A stretch of DNA of 64,000 nt from a virus, in IMG/VR virus record IMGVR_UViG_3300049846_002130, positions 119,529 through 183,528 of that record. The stretch is one strand, 5' to 3'. Shown here in pieces: positions 48,313-56,809 of the stretch (position 1 is its first letter; every line of letters begins with the position of its first letter). Made by a program: the position numbers and the translations under genes. The notes beneath the pieces are model-generated. The model ran no database searches. It was given only the letters and a program-made list of their open reading frames with translations, and was not told the origin of the DNA.

Positions 48313-48987
48313 TTATTGTCGCTCTTCCAGGGTATATGAAAGATATTTTTCTACTTCTTCTTCAGCTTTAATTAGTTCCCGGTTAGAACTAAGCTCTTTT
48401 TTATAAAATGAACTAGCTGCAATAAAATCAGCTTCTAATTCATGATAATATTCAGGCGTACAGTTTGGAGCATAAGTAGGAAGTAAAGCTATAGCCCCTT
48501 CTTTATTAGTAGGGTCTGAAGGCAAAATCATTTTTTGTGCCTTATAGGCACTAAGAATTTGTCTATCTATATTTTGCTTATGAGTTTTTAGTAAATGAAA
48601 AACACTAAGAGCCTCAAGCGGGTCTACTATAGGATAGTACTTAGAATCTCTATTATTTCTAATTTCTACTTCACCATAGCTTTTATAGAAAGTCTTCTTT
48701 ATTGGATCCCACGAATATAAAGTATAGTTAGTGAATAATAAATTATATGGATCAGACCACCAATCACTTCTTGTCAACCACCATCTTATTGCCATATTAA
48801 AAAGCCAGGCAATAGGATAAAACCATATTGTAATTAGCCATGTAATAGGATGCCAAAGCTTAACAGTTATTTGTTCTGGTAATTCTGTTTCAGCTTTAGA
48901 AATAAGAGTCTCTAAAGCTTCTTGTTGAACAAGAAATAGCTTGGGCTTCTGTAGCATAATTACTCCTTCTGACGTAATTCGGTACAC
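48313..48987 (-). CDS. membrane-anchored hypothetical protein
   Basis: Trp-rich TM segment. Confidence 0.55.
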   Translation of the reverse strand: MYRITSEGVIMLQKPKLFLVQQEALETLISKAETELPEQITVKLWHPITWLITIWFYPIAWLFNMAIRWWLTRSDWWSDPYNLLFTNYTLYSWDPIKKTFYKSYGEVEIRNNRDSKYYPIVDPLEALSVFHLLKTHKQNIDRQILSAYKAQKMILPSDPTNKEGAIALLPTYAPNCTPEYYHELEADFIAASSFYKKELSSNRELIKAEEEVEKYLSYTLEERQ

Positions 48988-49169
48988 CAGTTAGCTAGAG
49001 TCCTAAACTCTTCCTTGGAAACAGTAGCATCCACAAAACACATGTCATGATGTACATATGTAGCATTCTTACTAGGATGAACTGAGACCTGATTACATTG
49101 TCCAAGACCAATAATACTTATAAGTATAAAAAGAGCAAATATAACTAGGTTTCTTATAAGTCTAATCAT
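48960..49169 (-). CDS. small putative lipoprotein
   Basis: signal-like N-terminus with LGQC. Confidence 0.5.
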   Translation of the reverse strand: MIRLIRNLVIFALFILISIIGLGQCNQVSVHPSKNATYVHHDMCFVDATVSKEEFRTLANWCTELRQKE

Positions 49170-49600
49170 TCTTTCACCTTTTCAAATCCTAAAGCACAAT
49201 GATCATATGTAAGATAATCATCTGAACTTGTAGAATAGTTACATGCTATTGAACCACCTTCTAACCAAAGTTTATAGCTTGTCTGGTTATACTCTCCTAA
49301 TAGAAACCATTTAGGATCAGTGGTGTTACGCGCAAGGATGCCAGGCTTTGCAAACTTACTTTTGATTAGTTTATATGGAGGTCCCGGAAAGCTAACTAGT
49401 CTATATCCTCCAAGAATATCAACTTGTTTAATATCAAAGCTTAATGGAAAGCCTGTTTGTAACGAAAAAGCTAAAGTCTTACTTTCTATGTATTTAACAA
49501 AATAAATATTTGTAGGATTACATGAAAGTCTAATCCAATAGCCAAGGTATTGCTCAAGAGGACTTTGAGTCAACTCTGTTGAATAGTAAGGTATTGACAT
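49166..49600 (-). CDS. hypothetical protein (tandem paralog family)
   Basis: shares KPG...WFLL..Y...Y.L pattern with neighbours. Confidence 0.55.
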   Translation of the reverse strand: MSIPYYSTELTQSPLEQYLGYWIRLSCNPTNIYFVKYIESKTLAFSLQTGFPLSFDIKQVDILGGYRLVSFPGPPYKLIKSKFAKPGILARNTTDPKWFLLGEYNQTSYKLWLEGGSIACNYSTSSDDYLTYDHCALGFEKVKE

Positions 49601-49955
49601 GTAAAACTCTTGGAGAGGTTAAAGTTGTAGCTTCAACTACAGTGTTAGGATTAATTCCATAAAGGATATTCTCATAAGATACTATTAAGTAGTATTTATC
49701 TTTACTTATAGCAATATCCCCTGGTTTTAGGCATTCTAGTTTTATTACAGAGGTATAACCTGGAGGATGTCCGAACATCTTAAATATAAATTGATTTTCT
49801 AAGATATTGCTTACTAAAGTAGCGTCTAAGAAGTTTCCATTATCTAAATTAAATAACATATATCTACAATCTGGCATAAACTGAAGTAAATAAATCTTAT
49901 TGGTTAATGGACTTACAAAGTATTTACCAACTAGTCTATGAATTGGGAGCCTCAT
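49554..49955 (-). CDS. hypothetical protein (tandem paralog family)
   Basis: KPGD...YYLIVSY...Y. Confidence 0.55.
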   Translation of the reverse strand: MRLPIHRLVGKYFVSPLTNKIYLLQFMPDCRYMLFNLDNGNFLDATLVSNILENQFIFKMFGHPPGYTSVIKLECLKPGDIAISKDKYYLIVSYENILYGINPNTVVEATTLTSPRVLHVNTLLFNRVDSKSS

Positions 49956-50401
49956 GGTTTTATAACCTCAAGACACTGCAAAGTAACCAAAGCTTCTCTA
50001 ATTAAAGAGAGTGCTGGACTTGGTGGTAGTAAATTAATCATAAGCCCAGTTTTAAGATTAAGAAACTTAGTTGTTCCACCAATTAGACTAAAAGAATAAA
50101 ACATATCTTCGTTAACCATGTAAACATTATTACTTTTAATATTAGGGCACGGATAAACTGCTCTTCTAAAAGAATAAACAGGGGCACATGCATGATAATA
50201 AGAATTAGAGTCTAAGATTTGATTACTTGAAAAGGTACCAGAGGTAATATCTACTACTCCTGGACTTCCATAAAAATTAATAGCTATATACTTCTTATTA
50301 TTAGGAACCGAAACTAATCCTGCTAATGATTCTATAGCACTCTTAACAAAGATAGTATTTTGAGGTAAGCAATATGTAGTTAGTGCTTCTGAAAAAGTCA
50401 T
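49952..50401 (-). CDS. hypothetical protein (possible tandem paralog)
   Basis: similar length and composition; FLNLKTG. Confidence 0.5.
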   Translation of the reverse strand: MTFSEALTTYCLPQNTIFVKSAIESLAGLVSVPNNKKYIAINFYGSPGVVDITSGTFSSNQILDSNSYYHACAPVYSFRRAVYPCPNIKSNNVYMVNEDMFYSFSLIGGTTKFLNLKTGLMINLLPPSPALSLIREALVTLQCLEVIKP

Positions 50402-50402
50402 G

Positions 50403-50834
50403 TCATAACCTATATAAAGTTATATTAGACTTATTTAGAACCTCATACTCAAACTTATCATCAGTTGTATAATATCCTTCAGAAGTACCAGAAAATCTTA
50501 GCTTATATAAGAAATTTTTATAGTTTACTAATAAAAACCATGGGTATACTGGAGTACCTTTTCGTCTAACGATATCTCCAGATGAAAGTTTAGAGCCCTT
50601 ATATTTATTTACTCCATTAACTTTACTTAATGAATCAATATAAATATCTGAGGGTGGATGATAAAACACATTGCCATAAAGCTTAGCTACTGTGCAATCC
50701 TTGGCTTTCCCGGTTACGATATTGACTAATACTAATTTAGATTCTTTAGTTAATGTTGTAAAATAATATAAAGAGTTATCAATCTTTATTATCTTATTAG
50801 AATATCTAGATAGCTGTTCTGTAGATAGCTGCAT
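50403..50834 (-). CDS. hypothetical protein (tandem paralog family)
   Basis: SSGD...WFLLVNY...YKL. Confidence 0.55.
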   Translation of the reverse strand: MQLSTEQLSRYSNKIIKIDNSLYYFTTLTKESKLVLVNIVTGKAKDCTVAKLYGNVFYHPPSDIYIDSLSKVNGVNKYKGSKLSSGDIVRRKGTPVYPWFLLVNYKNFLYKLRFSGTSEGYYTTDDKFEYEVLNKSNITLYRL

Positions 50835-51012
50835 AATATTAATTCCCTTAATTATAGATTAAAAATAACCATAAATGTTGCAGCTACAAAGCTACTAAAA
50901 ATTATCCAAACAATTTCTAGAAGAAGAAACTCTTTTCTAGAAGTACTTAAAAAGCTAATTGCTAGATGACCTAAAGTAAAGGTTATTAGCAGTAACAGTA
51001 AGAATATAATCA

Positions 51013-51441
51013 TTATTGTCCCTTAATTAATTCTTCTCTAATTTTCATTAAGAGTTTTCCTAAGTGGTTATGACCCTTACCTTTACAGATACCCCAAAAG
51101 GTGTCTCCCCAAGTATTACCTTCAATTAATTTTCTACCTTGAGTTGAAATTAATTTAACAGCTAAATCAGAACCTGGCTTAAACTTTTGTCTAAGTAAAT
51201 CTTCCATTACTTTAAGTTTAACAAGTTCCCAATCTAGACGAAGACCAGCTGCGTAACCTAAATGCTTAGCTTGCTTAAATGTAGCAGCTTTACAAATATT
51301 GTCTCGCATTTTGGGATCATCAAATTTAGCAGCCTGATATGCATGTTCAGTAGATGGATAAACAATACCATCTAAGGTAACTGGACAAAACCAAAAATTA
51401 CTTAACCACCTATATTCACCAGAAAAGCTATCTATATTCAT
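51013..51441 (-). CDS. NADAR (YbiA-like) family protein
   Basis: WLSNF, YPSTEHAYQAAKF, KF..., EGNTWGDTFWG, NHLGKLLM. Confidence 0.9.
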   Translation of the reverse strand: MNIDSFSGEYRWLSNFWFCPVTLDGIVYPSTEHAYQAAKFDDPKMRDNICKAATFKQAKHLGYAAGLRLDWELVKLKVMEDLLRQKFKPGSDLAVKLISTQGRKLIEGNTWGDTFWGICKGKGHNHLGKLLMKIREELIKGQ

Positions 51442-51476
51442 TTTAATCTTCTTTATTTAATATAATTAGATTAGAA

Positions 51477-51674
51477 CTAGTTGGCATCTTTAGTAATATT
51501 TTCAAGCTGTTGAACAATTTCACGAATTATAAAATAGCTTTGACGAGCACTGTTTTGAATCTGTCGTGCCATTTCTAAACCAGCCTGACGTGCTTCTTCT
51601 GGAAGTGTAATATAGTTCTTAAGCAGAAGATTTAATGTTTCAAGAGTATCGTCATCAGCCATAGTTGCTCCCAA
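51477..51674 (-). CDS. hypothetical protein
   Basis: ORF track. Confidence 0.45.
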   Translation of the reverse strand: MGATMADDDTLETLNLLLKNYITLPEEARQAGLEMARQIQNSARQSYFIIREIVQQLENITKDAN

Positions 51675-51885
51675 AACTTGAGTAAGCTATCTAAAGTTTT
51701 GACAAAGATGCTAAGAGTTAATTAATCAGTATTCTTAATTTCTTCAGCATCAATTAGATGAGAATCAAGCTCATCTTTTTGTTCTGGTATAGGAATTTCA
51801 GCAATAATGTTATCTACAACCTTCTCTACTAATAATAGTAGTTTACTGGCTAGCCTATTAAGAATAGCTTCTCGATCTTCAGTCA

Positions 51886-52452
51886 TTAAGGCTCCCATAA
51901 CATTAGTTTATCAAGCTCTGTCCAAAGAGCAGCAAGAATTGGTCTATTAGTAGCTCTATATAGAGCTTTTCTAAATGCACCATATTCTTTCTTATACATA
52001 CCATATAAGCTTTTGTTTCTTTTATTAGAGCTAATATCTTCAAGAACACTAATACAGCTTCTAACGTTTGCTATACGATCACAAAGCTTAACGTAAATAG
52101 CATCTTCGGTCTGATTGATCTTCTTGTAGGTATAAACAAACTTCTCTTTACGAGTAGTTAATTCGTTGTTTTGGTCATCATATTCTTCATTTGTAACAGC
52201 TTCAACTAAGCTTGTTACTCCATGTCCAAAGAGTTCTTCTAGTTTAGCAGGAGCGACATTAGTATCTTCTAGTATGTCGTGAAGTACGATAGCTTGTAAT
52301 ATAAACCAATCGTTAATTCCAAACTCAATGGCTACAGAGAGTACTGCAATTAAATGTACCTTATATGGATGTCGACCATATCTACAACCAGCTTTATCGT
52401 GCTCTTCAATAGCAAACTCTAAAGCTCGTTGGACTTCAGAGTAGGTGTCCAT
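51886..52452 (-). CDS. HD-domain (p)ppGpp hydrolase-like (SpoT-HD/Mesh1-like)
   Basis: PY.VHL..V, LHDILEDT, V.AVT, VKLCDRIAN. Confidence 0.85.
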   Translation of the reverse strand: MDTYSEVQRALEFAIEEHDKAGCRYGRHPYKVHLIAVLSVAIEFGINDWFILQAIVLHDILEDTNVAPAKLEELFGHGVTSLVEAVTNEEYDDQNNELTTRKEKFVYTYKKINQTEDAIYVKLCDRIANVRSCISVLEDISSNKRNKSLYGMYKKEYGAFRKALYRATNRPILAALWTELDKLMLWEP

Positions 52453-53096
52453 TAAACTTCTACCTCTCTTTTCCGACTAGTATTCCAATCGTCTAGAATC
52501 TTGCCTCTAACTACTGTATAAATACCCCTATTAGTTTCTAATACAGCAGGAAGCAATGTGTTTCTAACTCGGTTACGATATCCACTGGTTGGATCTCTAT
52601 TGGTAGGATCTTCAAGCCAAGGAATATTATGCTGCTTAGCGTACTCATAAAGATTATGCTTACGAGTTAAAATAAATGGTCGGTAGCAATTAAAAGGGGT
52701 GCTCCATGGCATAAGAGCTGAACGTCCCTGAAGGCAACTCATTAGCCATGTTTCTACCTGATCATCAAGATGATGAGCAAGATAGACTGGTACGCCAAAG
52801 CTTGCAAACCATTCCCGACGATGCTTGCTCCACCAGTGCTCAAGGCTTGTAGACGCATCTAGCTGTTCTGGCATATCATAGATGTCTAAGTGTAGGTCCC
52901 GTGCCTTACAATAGGCACGAACAAACTCCATATAGTCATTTGCTCTCTCAGTATGGTGGTTGACATGCAATACACTTACATCTCTCTCCCGCACTTGAGT
53001 TAAGAAGTGAAGTAGCGACATGCTATCAACACCACCACTAACAGCTACTTTAAGTCTCGAATGCATCTTCCATTTAGGAAGTAGTTCGATAAGCAT
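52452..53096 (-). CDS. tilS: tRNA(Ile)-lysidine synthase, catalytic domain only
   Basis: AVSGGVDSMSLL, HVNH, AHHLDDQVET, RPF, EDPTN, RNRVR. Confidence 0.9.
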   Translation of the reverse strand: MLIELLPKWKMHSRLKVAVSGGVDSMSLLHFLTQVRERDVSVLHVNHHTERANDYMEFVRAYCKARDLHLDIYDMPEQLDASTSLEHWWSKHRREWFASFGVPVYLAHHLDDQVETWLMSCLQGRSALMPWSTPFNCYRPFILTRKHNLYEYAKQHNIPWLEDPTNRDPTSGYRNRVRNTLLPAVLETNRGIYTVVRGKILDDWNTSRKREVEV

Positions 53097-53098
53097 AA

Positions 53099-53302
53099 TT
53101 ATGCTCCTGGTCTAATAAAAGCCTCAGCTGCCATCCATCGTTGCAGATCTGCTAAATCTGGTTTAGGTAAAGACTCTCTTGTATAGGAATAACCCATGAA
53201 AGCATCATCTACATCTATCTCTTTAGTATCTTTTGGGAACCTAAGAATCTCAAACTTATTAATGTTTTTTACTCTTTGGTTTTGCTTAGCAAATCTACGC
53301 AT
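53099..53302 (-). CDS. hypothetical protein
   Basis: ORF track. Confidence 0.5.
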   Translation of the reverse strand: MRRFAKQNQRVKNINKFEILRFPKDTKEIDVDDAFMGYSYTRESLPKPDLADLQRWMAAEAFIRPGA

Positions 53303-53550
53303 GTAAAGCCTTCCTCAATTAAACGTTTATCACAAGAATCTTTATCACTTTCAGTAGAAATACACTTAACTAACCCGAGTAAGTTTCTTCTTTCAAGAGA
53401 ATTTTCCGTAGTTGGAATCCAACTAGTTAATGTTGTATTTAATGCTTGATAAAGCTCTTGGCGGAATTCTGTATCTGCCTCTACTAAAATAGCAAATAGG
53501 TTTTCTATAGTTTCCTCTATAAGTTGTTCTCTTTGTTGCTCAATAGACAT
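53269..53550 (-). CDS. hypothetical protein
   Basis: ORF track. Confidence 0.5.
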   Translation of the reverse strand: MSIEQQREQLIEETIENLFAILVEADTEFRQELYQALNTTLTSWIPTTENSLERRNLLGLVKCISTESDKDSCDKRLIEEGFTCVDLLSKTKE

Positions 53551-53552
53551 AA

Positions 53553-53819
53553 CTAATCTCCTATAGCAGGCCCCTCGTCAGAGGGAGGCTCACAAATTTG
53601 CACATGTCCTCGACCATAGCCAGGAATAAGAGTTCGTTGAAGATTTGAGTCAATAGTTGACTCAAGTTTATTAGGATCATCTCCAAGGAAAGCTCCATAC
53701 CACTTGCCATTGATTTCTTCTTTTAAAATCCAATATTGAGAACAATGAGCAATAAGTTGACCAGGAATCATCATTTCTGGATTAGTCTTATTTGTCTTAC
53801 CTCTTGGCCGCAGATTCAT
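53553..53819 (-). CDS. hypothetical protein
   Basis: ORF track. Confidence 0.55.
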   Translation of the reverse strand: MNLRPRGKTNKTNPEMMIPGQLIAHCSQYWILKEEINGKWYGAFLGDDPNKLESTIDSNLQRTLIPGYGRGHVQICEPPSDEGPAIGD

Positions 53820-54218
53820 TTATCCTCCACGAAGATAAAGATATAGAAACTTAAATAACTCCACGTTATAGTTTCCAAATGGGCCCCTAAAGAGATCTGC
53901 CCAAGTAACCCATGTTACAAGACCTTCATGAGAAGAGCTTGGTGGCGGAAACTTCTCAACTAAGTTTTCTCTAATGGAGAATGCATGAACTAAACATCTC
54001 CCACTATCAGACTTTCTCTGAAAACTAAGATCATAAAAGTCATTTACATCAACTTTAATCTTTGTCTCTTCATAAAACTCTCGTGCAATTGCATCAACTA
54101 AGGCTTCATTGGGTTCAACCATACCCCCAATCAATCCCCACTGATTTGGATCAAACTTACGAGAAATACCTAATACTAGGCCAGATCTTTCTGCTACAGC
54201 AACAACAGCATCTTTCAT
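53820..54218 (-). CDS. NUDIX hydrolase
   Basis: GG.VEPNE....AIAREFYEET Nudix box. Confidence 0.9.
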   Translation of the reverse strand: MKDAVVAVAERSGLVLGISRKFDPNQWGLIGGMVEPNEALVDAIAREFYEETKIKVDVNDFYDLSFQRKSDSGRCLVHAFSIRENLVEKFPPPSSSHEGLVTWVTWADLFRGPFGNYNVELFKFLYLYLRGG

Positions 54219-54222
54219 GGGT

Positions 54223-54426
54223 TCACCTGCTAGAGTTTTTAAGATAATATAAATGTCTTAGAATAAGAAGGGTATACTCTTCTTCTACTTTAGAGATTTG
54301 CTCTCTAATATAGTCTCCGGTATTAAAATACTCATCGTCTGTGAGAGTTCCAGCAATATCTTCACAATGAAGTGCCTTCCAGCATTCATACCAAAACTGA
54401 AGTTCGTTTAAAATAGGTAACTTCAT
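54223..54426 (-). CDS. hypothetical protein
   Basis: ORF track. Confidence 0.5.
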   Translation of the reverse strand: MKLPILNELQFWYECWKALHCEDIAGTLTDDEYFNTGDYIREQISKVEEEYTLLILRHLYYLKNSSR

Positions 54427-54441
54427 TAGCTATTCCTGTTG

Positions 54442-54699
54442 TTAATAGCAACCCAAAGGTTGACCTCTAATTAAGGTTTGCAGTGCATAGTTCTTATATG
54501 CACAAACAACATAATCTGTTTGATTATTGTCTCTAAGTAATGTACAGGGTACAAAGTGATCGTGATTAACATCGTCACTTACACATGTTGTGGCTATACA
54601 TGATGTCCAAAGCTTAGCACAATAAGCTTCAGCATTAAGCTCTGCACTTCGTTGTATCTCTCTAGAAGAGACACAGGCTAATAATACTATTGTAAACAA
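54442..54699 (-). CDS. small Cys-rich putative lipoprotein
   Basis: MFTIVLLAC signal; several Cys. Confidence 0.55.
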   Translation of the reverse strand: MFTIVLLACVSSREIQRSAELNAEAYCAKLWTSCIATTCVSDDVNHDHFVPCTLLRDNNQTDYVVCAYKNYALQTLIRGQPLGCY

Positions 54700-54809
54700 G
54701 ATTTAATTAAAGAAATCTATGATATTAAATGCTATAAATGCGCCAACTAAAAGCCAAGCCCAAGATGGAACTTGCTCAATTAGTTCAACAACTAGATTTT
54801 TCTTTTTCA

Positions 54810-55223
54810 TTAATTAAACCTTGTATCACAAGTAACAAGAACCAAAGCATCATTATTCTGATCAGTAAGAAATATAACCCTTTGAGGTAAATGTCTCTTA
54901 TGCTTTTTAAGCTCGTAATACCGAAGATCTGGTTCTTTAATAAAGCTGTATTTCTTGTTTGCCTGATTAAACAAAGGCTTTAAAAGTTCTTCTTTGTCTT
55001 CGGCTCTAACAATAACTCCAGCTAAGTTATAGCCATAACCTTCAAATACTGCAAAATCAGTAGCTCCCTTAAACCAACGATCGGGATAGGGCGTAGCTAC
55101 GCCTTCAAGGTCATAATAAGTAGCTCCAACCCAAGATTCATCAACCTTGGGTGGATGAGTACAATAATGGTCTAGCTCATTTAAATCCCAAGACGGGAAA
55201 AGCAGTGCAAGCCAAAGTAACAT
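54810..55223 (-). CDS. hypothetical exported protein
   Basis: short hydrophobic N-terminus. Confidence 0.55.
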   Translation of the reverse strand: MLLWLALLFPSWDLNELDHYCTHPPKVDESWVGATYYDLEGVATPYPDRWFKGATDFAVFEGYGYNLAGVIVRAEDKEELLKPLFNQANKKYSFIKEPDLRYYELKKHKRHLPQRVIFLTDQNNDALVLVTCDTRFN

Positions 55224-55235
55224 GATGTCTCCTAT

Positions 55236-55607
55236 TTATTGAAATATAAACTGTTTTGCTAATGAATGCTCTTGTGTAATAGGGTTCCATACCCAAATTC
55301 GTCTTCGTTTAGTTCCTATTAAATGAAAGCCAGTAGGTATATTGCCGGCCCAACCATTTTTCCGAGCCTCTGATACAGATTTAAAGATCTTAGCTTCCAC
55401 AGCTAATTTTTCTAGAGTCTTAGATCTAGAAATTGTTTGAACTTCTGATTCAAATAAAATATTAGCTGTTTCTAATTCTTTTTCATCAGAAATATTAACT
55501 ATCCAATTAAAGTTAGCATCTCGTAGAGATACCTCTTCTAGATTTTCTTCAGCTATAGTCATGGCAATCTCCATAATACGATAATTATCGTGGTAACTAA
55601 AAACCAT
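55236..55607 (-). CDS. hypothetical protein with possible S4-like RNA-binding motif
   Basis: IFKSVSEARKNGW resembles an S4-like helix motif. Confidence 0.45.
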   Translation of the reverse strand: MVFSYHDNYRIMEIAMTIAEENLEEVSLRDANFNWIVNISDEKELETANILFESEVQTISRSKTLEKLAVEAKIFKSVSEARKNGWAGNIPTGFHLIGTKRRRIWVWNPITQEHSLAKQFIFQ

Positions 55608-55704
55608 AATAATTTAGCTGGACCAGTTAATGATATTTCTACTTCTAATATCTTTTTAGTAAATATTAGATAAAGGAATAGCAATAACATGACAAATCCT
55701 TTAG

Positions 55705-55778
55705 TGGAGCCCGAAACTAGAATCCAACTAGTGTCTATTACTTACAAGGTAATTGCTTTAGCACTAAGCTATACGGGC
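55705..55778 (-). tRNA. tRNA-Thr(TGT) with encoded CCA and C19/G56 swap
   Basis: GCCCGTA/TTCGGGC, loop CTTGTAA, D-loop AGTGCTA, T-loop TTGGATT. Confidence 0.85.
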
Positions 55779-55786
55779 TTAATTAA

Positions 55787-55816
55787 GTGGGGGCTGGGAA
55801 GTCTCCCAGCCCCCAC
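55787..55816. terminator. strong GC-rich hairpin
   Basis: GTGGGGGCTGGGA-AGTC-TCCCAGCCCCCAC. Confidence 0.6.
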
Positions 55817-56209
55817 CATGATTTGATAAGTAGTTTACTCTACTGATCTTTGTGTAGTCGAGATCTTACTGATAGTCAATTACAGTCTACTATCCGGGCG
55901 CCGAGCTTTGTACTATGAACAAGCTGTACTTCATAGTCCGATCAAGATTTCTTCAGTTTCCTTACTATCTCTCAGGCTCAATTGCCGACATTGCTTTAGC
56001 GCAAGATTAGAAGTTAAGTTGATATTTCGCGTTGATCTACCAACCTAAAGTTGTTGTCTCTTCCCATTTCTGGGATCTGACTTTTATTATAGAATACTCA
56101 GTAAAAACATAGATAGAATCATTTAATTATAGTTACCTTCATTGATTGAGGGCACCGGGGGCTATGCCCCCACGCACTAGCCTTAAGCCCTGCTAGTAGC
56201 TGCTAGCTA

Positions 56210-56698
56210 TCAAGAGCTAGCAGTAGTCTTGGCAGCCTTAATGGCTGCAAAAAACTCAGTACGGAAGCTGTCAGGTACTGACTTCACTCGCTCCCAGTCT
56301 TCATGACTAAGACCAACATCGTGACAACAAGTGATCCGATTAAGAGCCAAACACCAGGGAATAAAATTATTGGTAGCTGCAGCATAAGCCTTAGCAATAT
56401 CAATCTCCAAAAGCTTATTCTTAGCAGCTCCTTCAAGAACCCTGAGTCGACGAATCTCGCCACGAAGAGCTTCCTTTCTAATAGCCTCTCCATCCATAAG
56501 GGTCTTGATGGCCTCAACAGCATCTCGCTCAGCAGCAGCCTTCCTCTCTGCAGCAGCAGTCTTAAAGGCATCACTTAGCTGAGGAAATGCCTCAGTCTCC
56601 GTATTAGAAGTAACCGTAGTAAGGGCCAGTAAGCCCAAAGTATTGTACGTCATTGGCATATCAGACTCCTTATTGTGCTTTAAGCACAGCGTTCGCAC
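56210..56698 (-). CDS. hypothetical coiled-coil protein
   Basis: ORF track; likely start MPMTY after GGAG. Confidence 0.6.
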   Translation of the reverse strand: MRTLCLKHNKESDMPMTYNTLGLLALTTVTSNTETEAFPQLSDAFKTAAAERKAAAERDAVEAIKTLMDGEAIRKEALRGEIRRLRVLEGAAKNKLLEIDIAKAYAAATNNFIPWCLALNRITCCHDVGLSHEDWERVKSVPDSFRTEFFAAIKAAKTTASS

Positions 56699-56715
56699 TG
56701 CTAAAGTAATTTTAG

Positions 56716-56802
56716 TGGTGAGAGCTAGGGTATTCGAACCCCGAAGCTTTGCTTGCTACAGACATAAGAGTCTGGCTAGACACCTATCTAGCTTAAGCTC
56801 TC
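56716..56802 (-). tRNA. atypical tRNA-like RNA (6-bp D-stem, long variable arm, nominal CTT anticodon, ACCA end)
   Basis: GAGAGCT/AGCTCTC A CCA; GCTAGA/TCTAGC; CAGAC TCTTAT GTCTG; T-loop TTCGAAT. Confidence 0.7.
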
Positions 56803-56809
56803 ATAAATA

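Noticed and set aside
55787-55820. Hairpin followed by ACCA on the plus strand, resembling a tRNA minihelix
   Set aside because: The AC is part of the hairpin's own pairing, and a terminator is the simpler explanation
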